This document shows, in pieces, positions 57,870-64,000 of a stretch of 64,000 bases of DNA. The translations under genes were made by a program, and so were the position numbers. The DNA is taken from the NCBI GenBank assembly GCA_951406725.2, contig OX597818.1:13206001-13270000 (forward strand), given 5' to 3'. Source of the DNA: Octopus vulgaris (taxonomy: Eukaryota). Numbering within the stretch: position 1 is the stretch's first letter; each line of letters begins with the position of its first letter. The notes under the pieces were generated by a model, which was given only the letters and a program-made list of their open reading frames with translations, was not told the origin of the DNA and made no database searches.

Positions 57870-59325
57870 AGGAATATTACAGCCGAATAAAGAAAATTTG
57901 GACCTCAGAACTCTCCGCATTCAATAAACCAGTGGCCCATAATGTGTTTGCAGTGCCAGTACTCATTCCATTATTTGGGCTCCTTGATTGGACGCTTGAT
58001 GAGATCCAAACCATTGATGTGAAAACCAGAAAAATACTGACAAGCACACATAATTTCCACACAAACAGTGACGTAGACCGCCTCTATCTAAAAGGAAAAC
58101 AAGGTGGCAGATGCTTAACATCGATCCAATATGCCTTTGAATGTCGCATCATATCCATTCGGCAACAAGTTCTGACCACCAAATGTCTCAGTGCATCCCT
58201 TGACCACGTTTGCATACATGAGACTGATAGCATCATAAAACTTTGAAGGCAGCTCCTTGAGCGACAGTCATTCTCTGATAACCTAGAATACATGCCCAAA
58301 GTAGTCGCACGACTCCATCGTAACATATCAAATGAAGGTATGAGCTATATGAGCAGAAGATTATGTATGGCTATGTTTTTAGAAAGCTCCGTGATGATAG
58401 TAACATCGATCACGAAACCACTTTATCATCAAGGAATAGCTGGATTAATACCTCCCACTTTGAAGGGTATGCGTTTGCAATCCAGTGAAGAGGAAATTTC
58501 ACCCACGTAACTGATGCACAAAAGGGATAGAGCAGGAAAAATAGTGAAATGTGAAAACTGATGCAGACTTTGCGGCGTCCACACTGAAGATATTCCCCAC
58601 ATCATAAGCAGCTGTCCGAGAATGTCATCACGGTATTATCTAGCGATGAGACATAACGTTGCAGCTAGGACACTCTATAATGAAATCCGTCGGAAGGATA
58701 AACCCGAGGACAAAGAAATAAAAAAAAACACAATATGTTAGAAGCCATAGCCTTTCATAATAAAAAGGAATACTGGTTGAATGTACCAGAGAAGATCTCA
58801 ATAAAGTGTAAGCACAACAGACCTGATATAATGATTTGGGATTGAGAAGAGAAACTGTACATAGTTGTGGAAATTAGCTGCCCAGCGGATGTTAACATAA
58901 AGCTGAAGATCAGTGAAAAAGAGAACCCCTATGCTGAACTATTGAGAAATCTGCAGCTGCTCTATCCAGATTACAAGTTCAGTTTCATTCCTGTAATTAT
59001 TGGGGTCCTGATATATGTAACACACTACCTAAATACCAATCTTGAGAGATTAGTCTTCTCGAAACCAGAAAGGAGAAAACTAATTCGAAGACTCCAGTTC
59101 AAATTCATTACGGGAACTGTAAAAATTAGTTAAAATTTTCCAGACGTTTATCATAGAAATATATATGAGCATGTCTAGATATGTAACTATATGCATGAGA
59201 ATACATACATAAAACATACAAAACTGCACATACATACATATATACATACAAACAAAAATATCCTGTTGTTAATGTTGAAATCGGTTCTCTCGCTATTGGC
59301 AAGAAATCTTGAAATAAACTGAATA
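57870..59325 (+). mobile_element. R4/Dong-type RLE retrotransposon 3' half (family C), disrupted
   Basis: SELSAFNK..AVPVL..HTNSDVDRLYL..GGR; CRLCG..HIISSC; KHNRPDIMIWD; EISCPAD..GTVKI. Confidence 0.9.
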
Positions 59326-60449
59326 ATGACATAGATACATACACACTTAGATATATACATAAATACTTACATACAGTCATAGGTACGTAGTACATACTTA
59401 CAAACTTATACTTACATTCATACATACATACGTATATACATATATATATTTAACTAGATACATAGATATATAAATACGTACTTTCGTACGTACATATATA
59501 CGTATATACGTACATACGTACATTCATACATACATGCATACGTACGTACGTAGGTACATACATACAGATATACATTAATGCATACGTACATATTTAACTT
59601 TATTCTTTATCTTTTGTCTGATCTACTCCAGTTATAGCTGAGTGTAATATGCGTTTCCATTGTGATTAAGGATAATATTTTATGCTGTAATGATGTCAAA
59701 TGAGCATCACGTTTTTTTCCTGACATGTTAGACAAAAAATTTACATTAAATAAAAGAATTCGCGATGTGATTATTTAGATAAGACGACGATATGAACATC
59801 TAATCTCCCTCCATACGTTGCAATGAAATTATTATCGGCTCATTTCAAACAATTTTAACAGAATCTGTTATAATTATAACAGAATTAAATTTATACAGAT
59901 GTAGAGCTACTGTAAGCGTAATGTAAATCACTTCTTTCCCAAGATACTCAGTTCACTTCTAAGTGAAATTTTCAGCGACAAGAAAGGAAGTAATAACACA
60001 AATATAAACGTTTCATATTCAAATATATGTAGGACATATATTTAATTTTATAATCATTTTATTCTTCTTCTATGATTTATTCATAAATACTAAATTTATG
60101 TGTATGTTATCTATTAATAAGGACAGTATTTCAATATGGTGAAATATTTTAGATACAATACGTAAATTATGTATATATAGTTTTATAAATAAGACTGAAA
60201 TTTCAGATTATATTGGAAAATTATTGAAATTAGAGAGTTGCACCTTTATGCATCGGTAGACAAATGAAATAAAATAGAAAATATTAGGAATGAAAATAAA
60301 CACACACACGCGCGCACACATACACACGTACATATAAAAATCTGCATATATGTACATATTATATATGTATATACTTATATGTATATATGTATACATACAT
60401 ACACACGGACACACACACGGTTACACACACTCATACACACACGCACACG

Positions 60450-60504
<55 letters not shown>

Positions 60505-60969
60505 TACATCATGAATCATATGTACAGTGTATAAGTTTGAAACGGTTTATAATAAGGCATCGAATTCCGAGATGTTCGACTAGTTGAGAGAAAAGTTTGT
60601 ATGTTATAGTATATGATTATCAATAGTGTGTTCAATGCTTCTCACGTAATTTGTTTCGGTTTCAGCACTATAGCCTATTCTTCCATGTGTTGGCTGAATT
60701 CAGAGCACATGAAATATATGCGTTTAAAGTTGTAATCTAACAATGAACAAAATCTCGTTGGTAGCCGGTCGGCTAGATTCTATGCAGTTAACTCGCTATC
60801 CGAATTTGTGGTGAATTGGAGGCTAAGAGAGTAACATTAAATTCAAAAATTCGGGCTGGGCGAATGAACCAGAAACCGTGAGTTTCCCAAGCAAACTTCT
60901 TAACTGTTCTGCCAAAATCAAACAACAATATATACATATATAAGATAGATAGATAGATAGTGAAAGAGA

Positions 60970-61021
<52 letters not shown>

Positions 61022-61747
61022 GGGAAATAAGGGAATTCTGAAATTTTTACGATCGTTTCGACCTATCATGCACCAGTACCTTAAAGGTAAGATGTCGTAC
61101 AGTCAATTCTCATGTATTGTAAATACACATGCGTCTCTTCTGGTGACTTTTCGAAAAGTACCTCTTTCCTCACATACACGTACATCAGTACATATAGACT
61201 GTGTAGCATAGTCTCCGTTTCCATGAGGGACTGCGATATAATGAAAGAATTCTTCTCATCTAAGCAATAAAATGAACTATAGAAAGATAAAAATAGAAGG
61301 AATCAAAAATAAAATAAATTAAGCAAATAAAATGTAATACATCGATAATAAGACCCGTTACATAAAAAACATAAATATACATGCGATCAGAATGAAACAA
61401 AAAATAAACAATCAGACAAATATATTGAATTTTACATTTCATGAAAACAAATAATTTAGCACAACCATTTTACAAACATACACACATACATATGCACATT
61501 CATACAAATGTATAATATATATATATACATACACAGATTTACACATATACATATTTATATATAACAATATACATACACCACATATTTGTCTATTAATATA
61601 GTTGCTTATATCCAACATATGCGTATATATATGTCCACATTTATACTAGGCATAAAGCAGACGTCGTGTGCGTCTTTTATGTTTGTGTATGTATGTATTT
61701 ATGTATGTATATATATACACATACATATATACATGTCTGTGTTATCA

Positions 61748-62649
<902 letters not shown>

Positions 62650-62668
62650 CGATGATGATGATGATGAC

Positions 62669-62731
<63 letters not shown>

Positions 62732-62732
62732 A

Positions 62733-63392
62733 AAAAATACAGAATAGACATCACAGCAGAAAGAGATAAGTGTAGAATCTGTGGACAAATCGGTGAAACT
62801 GTATGGCATATTACCAGCTAATGTATGCCACTAGCCCAGAAGGAATATAAGAGGTACCTCGACAATTTAGCCAGACACTTTGAAGATAGTATGGACTTGA
62901 CAAAGGAAAAAACATTGGTACGACCAAAAACCTGAGGGCATCGTCGAAAATACAAATGCAATGATCCTATAGGATTTTAAGATTCAGTGCGACCATAAGA
63001 TAGACAATAGGAAGCCGGACATAGTTTTAATTGAGAAAGAAAGCAAACTATGCTGGATCATAGATATAGTATGCCCAGTTGAGAACAAGGTATGCGATTA
63101 GGAGGAAAGAAAAGTCGAGAGTTGCAACAGGTTAAGCAGCTGTGGTCGATGAAAAAGGTGACAGTAGTACCAGTAATTGTCGGAGCCCTGGGAAGAGTGA
63201 GCAAAATCTCGAGAAATGCGTGGAACAAATAGGGTCTGCAATAAGATTGGAGCACTTGCAGAAGCCAGCACTGCTTGGAACCGCTCGAATCCTGCGGAAG
63301 GTGATCGAAGAATAAGAGGTGTTACCTTAGTTCACTGGTAGTGAACAGCTCACACTGTAGTACATCTCCGGGATTAGAAGCCGTGGAAAGGC
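62733..63392 (+). mobile_element. R4/Dong-type 3' part (family B)
   Basis: CRICGQIGETVWHI, NRKPDIVL, PVIVGALG; 3'UTR shared with 37766-38697; followed by (AAT)n. Confidence 0.9.
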
Positions 63393-63433
<41 letters not shown>

Positions 63434-63552
63434 CAACAACAACAACAACAACAACAGTAATTATAATGATATCAATATTAATAACAATAATAATAATAAT
63501 GAAAATGATAATAATAATGATAATAACAACAACAACAACAATAATAATAATA

Positions 63553-64000
63553 GGTAAAGACGATAATGAACTTGAAGGCCTATTGCGCACTGTGAAAGCA
63601 TTCAGCGATGACATCGGGATGGAGTTTGGGCTTGAGAAGTGTGCCAAGGCCACTTTCCAGAAAGGGAAAGTGAAGACCACAAATTCAGCCGTGTTAGATG
63701 TTGACACAGTCATAAGAGAGCTTGAGCAAGAACAAACATACAAATATTTAGGGATAAATGAAGGCTCTGGTATTCAGCATGCAAGCATGAAAGAGAAGAT
63801 CAGGAAGGAATGTTATAGGAGAGTTCGTGCAATCCTGAAATCTGAACTAAATGCACGTAACAGGGTGTTAGCTATAAATTCCTTAGCAGTTCCAGTTGTT
63901 ACTTATAGCTACAATGTCTTGAACTGGAATATGAGTGAAGTAAAGAATATAGATAGGAAAATACGCAAGTTGCTGAGTTGTAATAGAATGCACCACTCAA
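63553..64000 (+). mobile_element. R4/Dong-type RT region, open frame running off the window
   Basis: LLRTVKAFSDDIGMEFGLEKCAK..YKYLGINE..LKSELNARN..INSLAVPVVTYS..RMHHS with no stop seen. Begins directly after (AAT)n. Confidence 0.92.

Noticed and set aside
61048-61076. Half-hammerhead GAAACGATCGTA on the minus strand
   Set aside because: Palindromic stem III present, but no acceptable CUGANGA core or stems I/II.

Overview
AT-rich, microsatellite-dense eukaryotic non-coding DNA. The repeat repertoire resembles octopus/coleoid cephalopod genomes (inference; not tested). I can support no host protein-coding exon, and most track ORFs are translations of (TA)n, (CA)n or triplet microsatellites. 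The window holds decayed mobile elements: about 9 R4/Dong-type RLE non-LTR retrotransposon fragments (most sitting in (TAA)n tracts), 3 L1/Tx1-like pieces, an RTE fragment, 2 Penelope-like (GIY-YIG) elements, a mariner transposase relic and a mariner MITE, a Mutator-like transposase relic, Helitron remnants and three tRNA-like SINE families. The most notable signal is a cluster of hammerhead-ribozyme (HHR) motifs at 10.7-14.9 kb, several with palindromic stem III. It includes a ~0.5-kb tandem repeat with retrozyme-like architecture and a ~90-bp HHR-only island in (TA)n. Also notable: a SINE carrying an L1/Tx1-like 3' tail with a long target-site duplication (TSD). All alignments and folds were done by eye; boundaries of decayed elements are approximate.
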